Shown: in pieces, positions 24,371-35,742 of the stretch
Position numbering within the stretch: the stretch's first letter is position 1
Layout of the letters: each line of letters starts with the position of its first letter
Source: Octopus vulgaris
Lineage: Eukaryota
Reading direction: 5' to 3'
Assembly: GCA_951406725.2 (NCBI GenBank)
Contig: OX597838.1
Coordinates: forward strand, 434,001 to 498,000
Length of the DNA: 64,000 bases
Translations under genes and position numbers: made by a program
Notes under the pieces: generated by a model
Told to the model about the DNA's origin: nothing
What the model saw: the letters and a program-made list of their open reading frames with translations, nothing else
The model's database searches: none

Positions 24371-27300
24371 ATGTTGGCTATATTTTGTTTAGCAATCGCT
24401 CTTCCTCTCAGTTTCGCTGGTAAACAACCCTTCACTGTTATATTGCTCTATTTGATAATTTTCGAGACCTTAACACGATTGTATTATCAAGAAAATTTAT
24501 ATTTCTATACAACTAAACCACCAACAACACAATACACAGCTTTTTGTTAACATATTTGCTAATATTGTTTGTTAATATCTTTCCAGCCCCGGAGGAACAA
24601 ATCGTTGGTGGCTCTCCAGCAGCAAATTGCCAGTATCCATCAATTGTTCACTTGATCTTTGATACTGCTCAGGGTGGTTTCGCTTGTGGTGGTACACTAT
24701 TGGACAACTACCATGTTTTGACCGCTGCCCATTGCTTGTAAGTAAAATTTTCTTTCACGGGTTACAAACTAACCATGCTTCCTTACTATTTCGTAGATAT
24801 CTCTCTTTGAGTCACTAATGCATCGATGAACTACGAAACAGATGACACATAAAAGCTATGACAGCAGATGAATTTAATTATACGCTGAGTGAATTTTTTC
24901 GATTTAATTCCCATTTATTCTCGAGGGACTTTTAAATATCTTGATAAAATATCTTTATCTTCTCATTAACCTAATAAATTTATCCTATATTTAGGAAGAG
25001 AATCACGGCTGGCTGACATAATGCATTATCGCACTACTAAGTAATGGCTTAAACATGCGCAATATACGTAAAATGTCCATGAAAATCTCCCCGAGAGAAT
25101 TCTGCAAATTGTTTCGGCCATAGCAGCTTTATCTTCGAATGAAAAGGTCTCAAGAAGACCATCTAATTTCGGCAATGTAGATCTTCCGAAGACTTGAAAC
25201 CCATTATTTCTAATACCATTTTCTTTCATTAAATACTCTAAAAGAAGCAGTCACTTATACGATTTCTGTTTATATAATTTTCGCTAGTTTATGATCTCAA
25301 GCTAAAATTCTATTCATACTACAGTAAAATAATTAAACTTTAGTTCGCCGTTTATACAGTTCTATATTTGAGACATGGCTAAATATAGGAGACTGAAAGT
25401 AATGCACGTGATTTCGTTTTCATTTATTTAAGCAATCCTGGAACTCGTTCAATTTCTGTAAATATTGGTACCAATAATAACGACCAGAGAGGTCGATATG
25501 TTATGACAGCTACTAAATGGAAAGTACATTCTCAGTATTCTTCTAAACCCATGCGTAAGTATTTTCCAATCGATATTTAACCGCATACTCTACACAAATA
25601 ACCTTATATCTAAACATTTTGGCGATTTACTTGTGATTACAGACATAAGTGAATGTTAAACACCTCAAAGTAAGCTAAACACCGGCTATAAGCTACTACA
25701 GTTAAACAGCTAAATGTGTGTTAAACACCAAAATACGCAAAAACTTACTCGAGAAGTTGTCAACCGTTGATGAGGTGTCCATTGTCTTTCTCTCGTCTTT
25801 CCGCTGTTTTTCTTATTCATGTTCTCTGTAGCATTATTCAAATGCTTGTCGTAAAGTTTGTGACTAAAACCAAGTAGATTCCACATGTAGATTATGCAAA
25901 TTAAAAGAGGAAAGCCTTACTCATATGGTGACTGTAGTATGCTGGCACGGAAAGACATGACAATCTCGGGAGGGCAATCCACTGGTAGCTATGTAGAAAG
26001 CTAGTATTTGAACATACTGATAAATGGAATGAAAATGAAACTAGCAAAGTACTAGAAAATAAGAAATACAAGGTGTTGTGGGACATTAACATTCCGACTG
26101 ACAGAGTAATAGAAGCTAGAAGGCCTGATTTGGTAGTGGTAGATAAAGAGAATAGAAAGTGCCAGATAATTGACTTTACAGTCCCAAATGATGAAGAAAT
26201 TAATATGAGAGGCACAGAAAAAAGTAGCTGGACCTAACCATTGAATTACAGGCACTATGGAGAGTGCGGGTGGAATGTATCCCAATAGTTATAGGTGCAT
26301 TGGGAACTATCCGTAAAGATTTGAACAGAGGGGTCGAGGAAATAGGCATGAAACCCAGTGCAGTACAGCTCCAGAAAACAGTGTTATTAGGGACAACGAG
26401 GAGGGTTGTTGGCATCTAAGGATACTTGTAGCCCGATGTTAGGAATTTTTCTTTTCCAAGAATCTAATCTGTTGAGTGTATATGATAATAATAATAATAA
26501 TAATAATAATCTCTATTTTAAAAGGCAACGATATTGCTATGATACGTCTGCCTAAGCCAGTGCCGTTTGGAAACTGTGTAACTGCTGCGGCCCTTCCTGC
26601 TCCCGGAGAGAAATTTGACAGGAAAAGATGTATCGCGGCTGGATGGGGTAAAACTGGATGTAAGTATTCGTTTCATTTACTATTTTGCCGTTCACTCAAC
26701 CTGTCAGTCACGCCCTTCTTTGGTCTAATGGATTGTATATCCATTGGATCAAACGTATTCAAGATCAAGACGAAGTCTTTGAAAAACTACTTATTGGTCA
26801 TTAGTAAACAAGAACGAAATGTTAAAAAAAAACACCATGTTTATTAATAAATAAGACAAAGAAAATCGCAACGAATTAATCCCCTGGCTGAATCGTTGGT
26901 GGGGCATATTAGGCGTATTGAAGGTTTGGTAATAAAGTTCTTCTTGTGATCCTTGAGATTAAAGTGTGGAGATGCAGGGCGGTATGGTTCGGTTCGGTCA
27001 TCCACTTGTAATTTCCTCATAAGTTTGCAGTGGTTGTTGTTGATTTCATTCAGGGCAGATCTTGGGGCCAGCTTGTATGATTTGTTGAGTTCTTTCCTTA
27101 AGAATTTGTTGTATTCCTCAATGGTAATGGGGCACATATTTCCACTGACCTCTAACTGGTACATTTTCCCTTATCTATATCTTTGTTTTTCTTTTTCCTT
27201 TCTTTCCTTTATTCCTCCGTGTGGCTGGAAGAGGTCGGCGGAAAGAATTTTCTCTAATCAAAAATAATTAATGCGTTTCTGTATTTTCCAGTCACCAGCC

Positions 27301-27999
27301 CTTCATCAAGCAAGTTAATGCACGTAGCAATGCCAGTTGTTGACCACAGTGTCTGCAAAAAGAGAATGAGTTATGCTTCTCTCACTGACCAACATATTTG
27401 TGGAGGTGACTTCAACTACGGTGGAGCCAGCACCTGTATGGTAAGTTCGCTCTCTTACTTTGTAATATTACATTTCTCAGATCTTATTTTAACGGTTGAC
27501 AACGATGTCCCTTGTCAAGCAATTAATGTCATTTACATTCTTCCCATCCCACTCCAACACCAACACAATCACCAATACGAACAACAAGACGAACGAGATC
27601 AAGGTTAACGCCATCATCATCATCAATATTATGACCACCACCACCAACCTCACCAATCCACTTTCAAAGCTATTGCTGTAGGAATCGTATCAACGTCATC
27701 AGTTTCCTAGAGCCAGCAAAGGACATACATATATCTCATCACATTTACATATTTCTATACACATTCTCATATATATACCAGTATACACACCCGTACCATC
27801 TCGAACTAATTGTTAAATGTTCTTTTTGTTTCCTACCCAGGGTGATTCTGGTGGTCCTTTCTATTGCCCCAGCAGAACTGGCAACATGGTTGTGGCTGGC
27901 ATCACATCATTTGGTTATGACTGCGCTATTGATGCTGCCATCTTTACCAGTGTTTCTTACTTCAGGAACTGGATCAGTACCACATTGAGGAGTTTATAA
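24371..27999 (+). CDS. Secreted chymotrypsin-like S1A serine protease, copy B (6 exons, 254 aa)
   Basis: Exons 24371-24419, 24587-24737, 25433-25554, 26525-26659, 27292-27440 and 27841-27999 (765 nt, in frame, GT-AG). Signal peptide, IVGG, TAAHC (His57), NDIA (Asp102), GDSGGP (Ser195); Ser189 in GGASTCMGDSGGP. Confidence 0.95.
25900..26485 (+). mobile_element. R4/Dong-like RLE LINE 3' fragment in intron 3 of B (copy at 38258-38843)
   Basis: RHDNLGRAIHW, VLWDINIPTDRVIEARRPDLVVVDK...IIDFTVP and IPIVIGALG; ends at an (ATA)n tail. Confidence 0.8.
26880..27255 (-). mobile_element. Penelope-like RT N-terminal fragment in intron 4 of B (copy at 39238-39613)
   Basis: EEYNKFLRKELNKSYK...FNLKDHKKNFITKPSIRLICPT matches the LKDHKxNFxxKPxxRLI motif of Penelope RTs. 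Confidence 0.7.
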
Positions 28000-28053
28000 A
28001 TTCTTGCAAGGCGATGAAACTCTACATTGTACCTGACATCTCAACTATTTTTT

Positions 28054-28059
28054 AATAAA
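28054..28059 (+). terminator. Polyadenylation signal of protease B
   Basis: AATAAA 55 nt after the stop codon; conserved in C. Confidence 0.65.
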
Positions 28060-28160
28060 ATAGATTTTTACTGAACAATATTCTGGCTTTCTTCTTTTTA
28101 CAGTAATTCTCCATCTTAAAGTAGATGGCATTAAAATGTTGTTGGTGTTTTAGTGAGGAG

Positions 28161-28238
<78 letters not shown>

Positions 28239-28459
28239 AAGAGAGAGAGAGTGCTTTTTGCGCTTCAAGTGTCAACTATGTATGCTGCAAATATTAAAAA
28301 ATATAACCAAAGTCTTTGAAACCGCCATATTAATGTTTAAGAATCTTGATAAACGAGTTACTCATAATATTGTTTTGTATTTCGGAAGAATTCCATAATC
28401 TTGCTGGTAATGTCACGGAGTTGCACTTGGAAAGTCCTGTTTTGGTCTTTGTTGGCAGA

Positions 28460-28700
28460 GCAGTGTCTTCTATAACCATAGAGTCTTACACGTGTGCTTG
28501 TCCCGGCTGCAGTTTCTGCTCTTGAAGGCATTGTCCAGTAGTTCTGTCGATTTTGTTTTTCTTCATGGCCAAATCTCTGCCTCTCGTCTGTTTCCAGTCT
28601 CCAACGGCGGTGGTCATCAGCAATGTCCTTCCGCCTTTCAACATTCATTTGAAGACATTTCTTGTCTCACTTGCAGACATCTTTGAGACAATGATGCAGT
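28460..28700 (-). mobile_element. RTE LINE 3' tip, truncated at the duplication boundary
   Basis: Nearly identical to 40847-41087 (DIADDHRRWR...RVRLYGYRRHC) but stops at 28700. Confidence 0.7.
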
Positions 28701-28704
28701 CATA

Positions 28705-29670
28705 CACACACTGCAAAAACGAACGAGCAGAAACAAATTGAGGAACAGTGGATCTAGAACCCTCTGCTCGGTCAGTATATACTTCGAAGCCGAAATACTG
28801 ATGTAGACCAAGGTACAACCCATCAGTGGCTGAGAAGCTCAGGACTGAAAGCAGAGACTAAAGATTTCATATTAGCGGCACAAGACCAAAGTTTGCTTGC
28901 CAAAAAACTACCAGGCTAACGTTTTTCAAAACGGTTCTGACCCTAAATGCAAATTCTGCAACACATTTGGTGAAACAAAAGACCATCTCGTCTCGGGATG
29001 TACTGTGCTGACACCAAACAAATACAAAAATTACCACGATAAGGTAGGACAGTATTTACATTGAAATATATGTAAACACTACAAAATCAACACTCCTGCT
29101 ACAGGTATGCACATCATCCTGAGCCAGTCGTTGAAGGTAAAAATGTCACTGTCCTCTGAGATTTTCCAGTCAACACCGACAGAACAATCCAGGCCAATTG
29201 ACCAGACATAATCATTAAAGACAGGAAAGAAAATACTTGTAGACTAATAGATGTAAGTGTTCCCACAGATAAAAATATATCTGTAAAGGTATTTGAGAAG
29301 TTTAGTAAATATAAGGACCTGGAAATTGAAATGCAAAATATGTGGCATCTTATAGCGAGAACTGTTCCTGTTATTGTGCGTGCCCTAGGTGTGATAAGAA
29401 AGGGATCAAAAACATCTAAACAATATCCCAGGAGAATCTTCTCTCAGAGAAATCCAAAAGATTGTGCTGACAAATACTGCCCAGATTCTGAGAAAAATCC
29501 TATCAATTTAAATGTCTATGTTATATTACATGAGAATATTTCGCCACTGCCCCCATCACTTCCCCACCCCGAGCTTTCAATCATACTGTAACATCTCTTA
29601 TCCTTCATTCGCCCTAGGACACTGGGTGTGTCTCGGCATGTGATTATAACAAACAAGCAGACTAAATGTA
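28705..29670 (+). mobile_element. Degenerate R4/Dong-like RLE LINE 3' part
   Basis: WLRSSGLKAET, AAQDQ, CKFCNTFGETKDHLVSGC (CCHC), PDIIIKD..LIDVSVP and PVIVRALG; ends in an (AAT)n array. Confidence 0.8.
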
Positions 29671-29743
<73 letters not shown>

Positions 29744-29744
29744 C

Positions 29745-31446
29745 ATAGGACACTCTATGAATAAATGGCAAACAGTGCAACAGCTCCAAACAAAAGAGGG
29801 ACTCAGGAAAACGCTGCAAATGACAAACAGCTGGAAACACTATTAAAGACAGTTCATGGATTTACCAAAGAAATAGATATGAAATTTGGATTAGAAAAAT
29901 GCGCCAAAGTAACCCTGAAAAGAGGAAAACTAGTTAAGAGTAGCATCATCACACTAGATAAAACCAATGAAATAAAAGAATTAGACCAAAGTCAAACTTA
30001 CAAATACTTAGGAATCCATGAACTAGATAAGACACAACACACACAAATGAAAGAGAAAATATAAAAAAGAATATTATAGACGAGTTAGATCAATACTAAA
30101 AACAGAGCTCAATGCTAAAAACAAGATAATAGGTATTAACACTTTAGCTGACCCAGTTATAAGTTATAGCTACAATATCCTTAACTGGACACTAAATGAA
30201 CTGACCAAAATAGATAGGAAAACAAGAAAAATAATGACAGGATCTAGGATGCATCAACCAAAATCTGACATAGAAAGACTATATATACAACGTATAGAAG
30301 GTGGTGGAGGACTTATACAGCTGGAAAACTACTATAAAATAACCACCATAGGACTGCAAAAATACCTACTTCAGAAGGAAGGAAAACTGATACAAATAGC
30401 GGCAAAACACGAGCAAAACAAAAAACTGTTCTCATTATTTAAGGAAGCTGACAAACACAAACAAGAAATCATACCACCAAACAAATATGAAGAAGAAGAA
30501 GATGAAGAAACAACAAAAGCTATAAAACAAATGAAATCCAAACTAAAACTAGAACAGCAAAGAACCATGATAAAACGATAGCAAGAAAAGCCCCTTCATG
30601 GTAAATACTGGACTAAACTAAATGCAAAAGAAATAGACAAAGAAAAATCCCAGCAATGGTTGAGAAGCTCAGGACTCAAAGCAGAGACAGGGGGATTTTT
30701 AATTGCAGCACAAGACCAAAGCCTCCCCACCAGAAATTACCAAAAACATGTAATAAAAAGAAATATAACAAGTAACTGCAGAATATGTGGAGATGGACAA
30801 GAAACAATAAATCATATTATCTCTGGCTGCCCAGTCCTGTCTAAGAAGGAACATATTCACAGACATGACAGAGTTGGGACCTACATACACTGGAAGCTAT
30901 GCCAACATTATGGAATAACAACAGAAAAAAGATGGTATAGGCACACTCCAGAAAAGGTCACAGAAACCGAGAAAGCAACCATACTCTGGGATATGCCGAT
31001 ACACAGAGATAGAGAAATTAAGGCCAACAGACCAGATATAGTTGTCAGAGATCATGAAGAAAAAAAATGCTTTCTAATTGATGTATCAATACCAGCAGAT
31101 GACAACGTGTCTCTAAAAGAAATGGAGAAACTTTCAAAATACAAAGACCTGGAAATAGAGGTAACCAGAATGTGAAATCTAAAAACAGAAACATTTCCTA
31201 TCATAATAAGTGCATTAGGCATGATAAAAAAATATTCAGACAAATACATAACAAAAACACCAGGACTTACAAACACATATAACATACAGAAAATTGCACT
31301 ACTAGGCACTGCACACATCCTACGCAGAACACTTTCCATACAATAACCATCAGAGCATCACAACAAATCACAGCACATACCGAAGGCACACAGAACTGCG
31401 CTCGGTAGTGAAGTGAAAGCACGCTATAAAAATAAAACTACTGAAT
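29745..31446 (+). mobile_element. 5'-truncated R4/Dong-like non-LTR retrotransposon (RT C-terminus, CCHC knuckle, PD-(D/E)xK RLE)
   Basis: MKFGLEKCAK, YKYLGI, CRICGDGQETINHIISGC and RPDIVV...LIDVSIP. One frameshift (~30060) and two TGG-to-stop changes (30579, 31173). (AAT)n on both sides. Confidence 0.9.
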
Positions 31447-31577
31447 AATAATAATAATAGATTACTGACTTTCTTCACTACTTTTGAAGATTACTTATTG
31501 ACACCGCAAAATTCTTCAACCGAAATCACACTTTCACAGACCAATTCAAACAGTTTTTTTTTTCCTTTCCATCAATA

Positions 31578-32050
31578 CCGGGGTAGTGAAGGGAGTTGAA
31601 CGTCCATCACTTATAAAATGCCTCAATGGCCTGCGTAAGACTTTCTCTCTGAGAGTCATACCCGACTCCTTCGCTAAACCAACAGGAGAAAAGTGGGAAA
31701 GGGCGAGTGTTTGGTGCCCTCAAAGTGCTCCGGGTGGGCTGTACTTTTCAGCCTGGGATGGCAAGCAACTTAGGAGAAGCAATACTCTGAATTCAAAACC
31801 TGGGGAACAAGGCCCCTGCCGCCTTGTCGGACTACCTTGATAGAGGTGGTGTCTCGATAAAAATACCGGTTGGTAGTAAACTAAAAGCACACCTCATTTG
31901 TGAGTGAAACTGCCAAGCAAAATAGATGAGGGTAACGGTGTGAAAGGGACTGGAACCAATGGTGAAGGTGTCGCACTCGGCAGGTGCTCCACTGTGCAGT
32001 AGGGTGGGCCCAGTTGTAGTTCAGTAACTGCTACCCATGCTACAAGACAT
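31578..32050 (+). mobile_element. Probable RTE-like LINE 5' UTR relic
   Basis: GC-richer block containing GGGATGGCAA....TAGGAGAAG.AA.ACTCTGAATTCAAA, which resembles RTE 5' UTRs; no ORF. Confidence 0.4.
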
Positions 32051-32199
32051 AAGTGGAGTATACAAGTAAACATGATGGTTATGGGGAGTTACGACCGGAG
32101 CACACCAGTGGATGCGAATGGTGTGTGTGTCAGAGGGTAGGGAAAAGCGAATGCATAGTGAATGGAAGGCAACGGAAATGTTTGAAATTACTGAACAGA

Positions 32200-32570
32200 G
32201 ACTATGTAACGAAGCAAGAGCATAGGAAAAAGATCTGGGTTGTCATCGCGAAGAACAGGCTGGGATGGTACATCAAACAACAGAGTGAATACTTGCTTGC
32301 CGCTGCAAGAATGAACAATACAATACCTACAGAAAATGTGATGCACCCAATAACATATAAGAAACAAGATGAAGAAGAAAGAATAAACAATTTGAAAATG
32401 AAATCACTGCATGAGCAATACTTCAGAGAAATTGAAGAGAAAGACAACACTTGGAGATTGCTCAGAAAAAGTGATCTGAAAGGAGCCTCTAAGGAATTGA
32501 TACGCAGCATCCGGGAACAAGCTCAGAGAACTAATTACATCAAATTTCAAATAGATAAAAGCAGCGAATA
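32200..32570 (+). mobile_element. R4/Dong-like LINE fragment
   Basis: KSLHEQYFREIE...TWRLLRKSDLKGASKELIRSIREQAQRTNYIK resembles the KxLHGxY...WLxxxxLKxETE...AAQEQ motif. Confidence 0.65.
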
Positions 32571-32759
32571 CATTTGCGTGTTTACTTATATATACAAGCA
32601 TTTGTACAACAATTATACATACAGAAATCAATAAATTAAATTAATTAAAATAGAACATTTTAGGTGATATCATACAGTGGGATGCTGCTCTTTGGGGTGA
32701 AAAAGTACATCAAATTTATAAAGTACAAAAGAGTGTGGTAAATATTATAAGAAAATTGA

Positions 32760-33048
32760 AACTTCAGAGGTCCACAGCTCTTCAATATCCTCCTGAAGGA
32801 CCTGAGAGACCTGCATGGGGTGGATGCAGATGTCTTTAAAATGAAACTGGATCTCTTCCTGTCAGGTGTCCCAGATGAACCAACTTCACGGCAGGAGGTG
32901 CAGATGAGGGCAGCTGCAGCAAACTCTCTCATGCACCAAATGGCAATTGCTAAAAAGCATTCGTGAAGTAAAATCATGTAGCAACACCGAATGGCGGTGC
33001 CCCAGTATGGCCACAGCTCATGAGCTAAAACTAGATGAAAATGAAAAA
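32760..33048 (+). mobile_element. CR1/L2-group LINE 3' end
   Basis: FRGPQLFNILL..LRDL..FKMKLDLFLSGVPDEP...AANSL, then a short UTR and (AAATG)n tail. Confidence 0.65.
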
Positions 33049-33975
33049 AAAAATAATATAAAAATATTGTGAGAGGAAAAGGAAGAAGCTTGAATAATGA
33101 AATTATTGAATAAACTTCATTAAATAATAATAATGTTGGGTATTAAAATGATGAATGCGTTGGCGTTGCAATGCCTTCATCAATTTGCATCTTTACATGT
33201 AAGTTAAAAGATTTGGAAATTGAAAATTAGAAATTAAAAATTCAATTCGGTTGGCAAAAGTCATGGATAAAATTTTAAATAGTTTGGCGGGAAAATGGGA
33301 GCAGGTGTTCGAAACTATCGAAAATGGAGAGAGCTCACAAAAAGTGGACGGTTTTTCTTTGATTGTCTATGTTGGAAGGGGCGGTGATTTATTCGGTGGG
33401 GAAAGCCGAGACCAAAGATTTGCTCTCCGTAGCGGGTCGTTTGGCATTTCATAAGGCATTTACTAGCGTGTCTACGATGTGGGTTGTTTCGGCCTCACGC
33501 TTCCCCAGAGACTGGAGAAATTGATGTGGTCCAACTGATTAAATAGCGAATTAGGCTTAAGGATAAATATATTGGCAGATAATCGGTGGATAGACAAATG
33601 GCAAGAGGTGGCGATAAAGAAGATGGGGGAGTGAATACGGTATAAAATGTGGTGGAGTTGGCGAGGAGGTGTTGATAGATGCTAATAGTAATGGTGATGC
33701 ATGATGAACGGTGATTGAGGAGTGGTTAGTGTCAGTGGGGAGGTGGACAATGGTAGTTGGAGCGGGGTTTTGGTATTGGTGGTTACGGGAGTAAAAGAGA
33801 GACGGGAATGGATAATTGAGGCGACGAAGGTGAAGAGGTGAAGATGGGGGGTAGTGGGAGGAATTATTGCAAGGGGAGGACAAGTGGGAGGTCGGGAGAT
33901 TGCAGACAAAGAAGCACTCGAACTGAACAATCATGGGCGTACAAACAGAAATGGGACACACACACACATACATTC

Positions 33976-34269
33976 CTAGTGGTTAGAGCAGCGGCCTCAC
34001 GGTCGAGGATCGCGGGTTCGAATCTCAGACCGGGCGATGTGTGTGTTTATGAGCGAAGCACCTAAGCTCCACGCGGCTCCGGCAGAAGGTAATGGCGAAC
34101 TTCTGCGGACTCTTTCGCCACAACTTTCTCTCACTCTTTCCTCCTGCATCTTGCAGTTCACCTGTAACGGACCGGCGTCCCGTCCAGGTGGAGAACCTAT
34201 GCGCCAAGGAAACCGGGAAACCGGCCCTTATGAACCAGGCATGGCTCAAGAAGGAACAAACAACAAACA
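33976..34269 (+). mobile_element. Young tRNA-derived SINE with TSD
   Basis: TAGTGGTTAGAGC A-box part, GGTTCGAATC B-box, (CAAA)n tail and TSD ATACATTC (33968-33975 / 34270-34277). Absent from the paralogous segment at ~18565. Confidence 0.85.
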
Positions 34270-34569
34270 ATACATTCGAACCCATATATACATGCATACA
34301 AATATACATACAATCAACATATGCATACATGAAAAACACGTGCACAATCACATTTACTGATTCACAAACAGATGGAAACACATGTGCACTTGTAGAAGGA
34401 AAGCTTTAGAGAGAGAAAAAAGCTCAAAGTTACGCGTGAGGCGGAATAAAATGGAAGAAAGGAAAAAAGTATAGAAAGACGGAGAAAAAGGAAAATAGAA
34501 AGAAAAAAGATAGACACAAAAAGTAATGAAAACATGTGAGAAGATTTTTATGAACGACAAGCTTAAAAT

Positions 34570-35072
34570 CCGTGCGGACTTTTAAAGCTAATTGGACCTG
34601 CGTCCCAAATGTAAAGAGAGCTAAATAGCAATACTATAATGATTGATGTGCCTCGGTGGTGTTTGATCAGAGGTTAAGGGTGAATGAGAATTAATCCTGT
34701 AATGTAATCATTATATTGTTTCAGTCTCAAGCTGAATTCCATCTGTTGGTCAGTTTGTCCCCAAGTTCTTATCTCGACGTAAGATCATCGAAACGAAGGA
34801 ATTTTTTATTTCCCCCTTCATCTCTGATGTCGTCTGACAAACGTCAACCAAGATGGCGTGAACCAGCCAAGTTTTAACTGCTAGAAATGGTAACCCAAAT
34901 GCTTTTAAATCAGATCCCAATGCTGAATGTTCAAGAACCAAATGAAGGATAGATTTTCAATCCGAGGATCAATCCTAGTTGCAAAAATGTATAATATGTC
35001 TATGTAGACCGAGATACGAGGGAGGGGGTCCCGGATGGACAGACAGAATTTCGCTTTTATTATTGTAGAGGA
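34570..35072 (-). mobile_element. 503-bp insertion with a Helitron-like 5' end
   Basis: Minus strand begins A|TCCTCTACAATAATAAAAGCGAAATTCTGTCTGTCC; absent from the paralogous site at ~18865. Confidence 0.55.
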
Positions 35073-35695
35073 TAAAATATAAACAGTGAAGTGTCGATGG
35101 AGTTGGTCTTTTGGAAAGGAAGGAAACCTCGAACGCAGGAGAATAGCGAAGAACTAGAAGAGAAATTTTGCAAGGTTGTTACAGACTATTTGGGGGCCCC
35201 GGGCTGGAGGTAGATACTCTTGGTGTTATCACGTGTCTGTACAAATAGGCCTGCAATAATTAATAATAAATGCTAATAAAAAGAAATGTGGTGTGATGAG
35301 TGTAGTGATGTATGTGTATTTGTATGTTGGGATGGGGGGGGGGGGAGAAAGTGCTTGTTTTCGAAGTAAGGTGGTGGATACTGTATGGTTACTGTGGAGC
35401 CCCCTTCGCTCCCGGGCCTCGGAACAAAGTACCAGCTGCCGAGAGTCAATTTAAGTAATTTATTATTATAAAATATAATAAATAAATTATTTATACATGT
35501 TTATTAAGCTACGAAACAATTGTTGTTAAATAGGAATACCCAGTTAAATTTAATTTTGTCATAGAGTTTAATTTTATACACTCCTTATGTATTTATTTTG
35601 TATCGTACAATATATTCTATGTGTTTTGTAGAATGATACATTCAGGAGCTTTTTTCACGAGTACCAACGGATTGGTTGTATCCGTGTATTGTGAC

Positions 35696-35742
<47 letters not shown>

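Larger units (their letters stand above)
22946..28700 (+). repeat. Segmental duplication unit 1 (contains protease B)
   Basis: Nearly identical to 35730-41087 apart from microsatellite lengths, scattered SNPs and a 395-bp indel. Confidence 0.95.

Noticed and set aside
33282-33294. E2F-like site TTTGGCGGGAAA
   Set aside because: A single motif with no associated gene; chance occurrence is plausible.
33976-34035. tRNA gene candidates (also 53222 and 54318)
   Set aside because: SINE heads followed by SINE bodies and tails; no complete cloverleaf.
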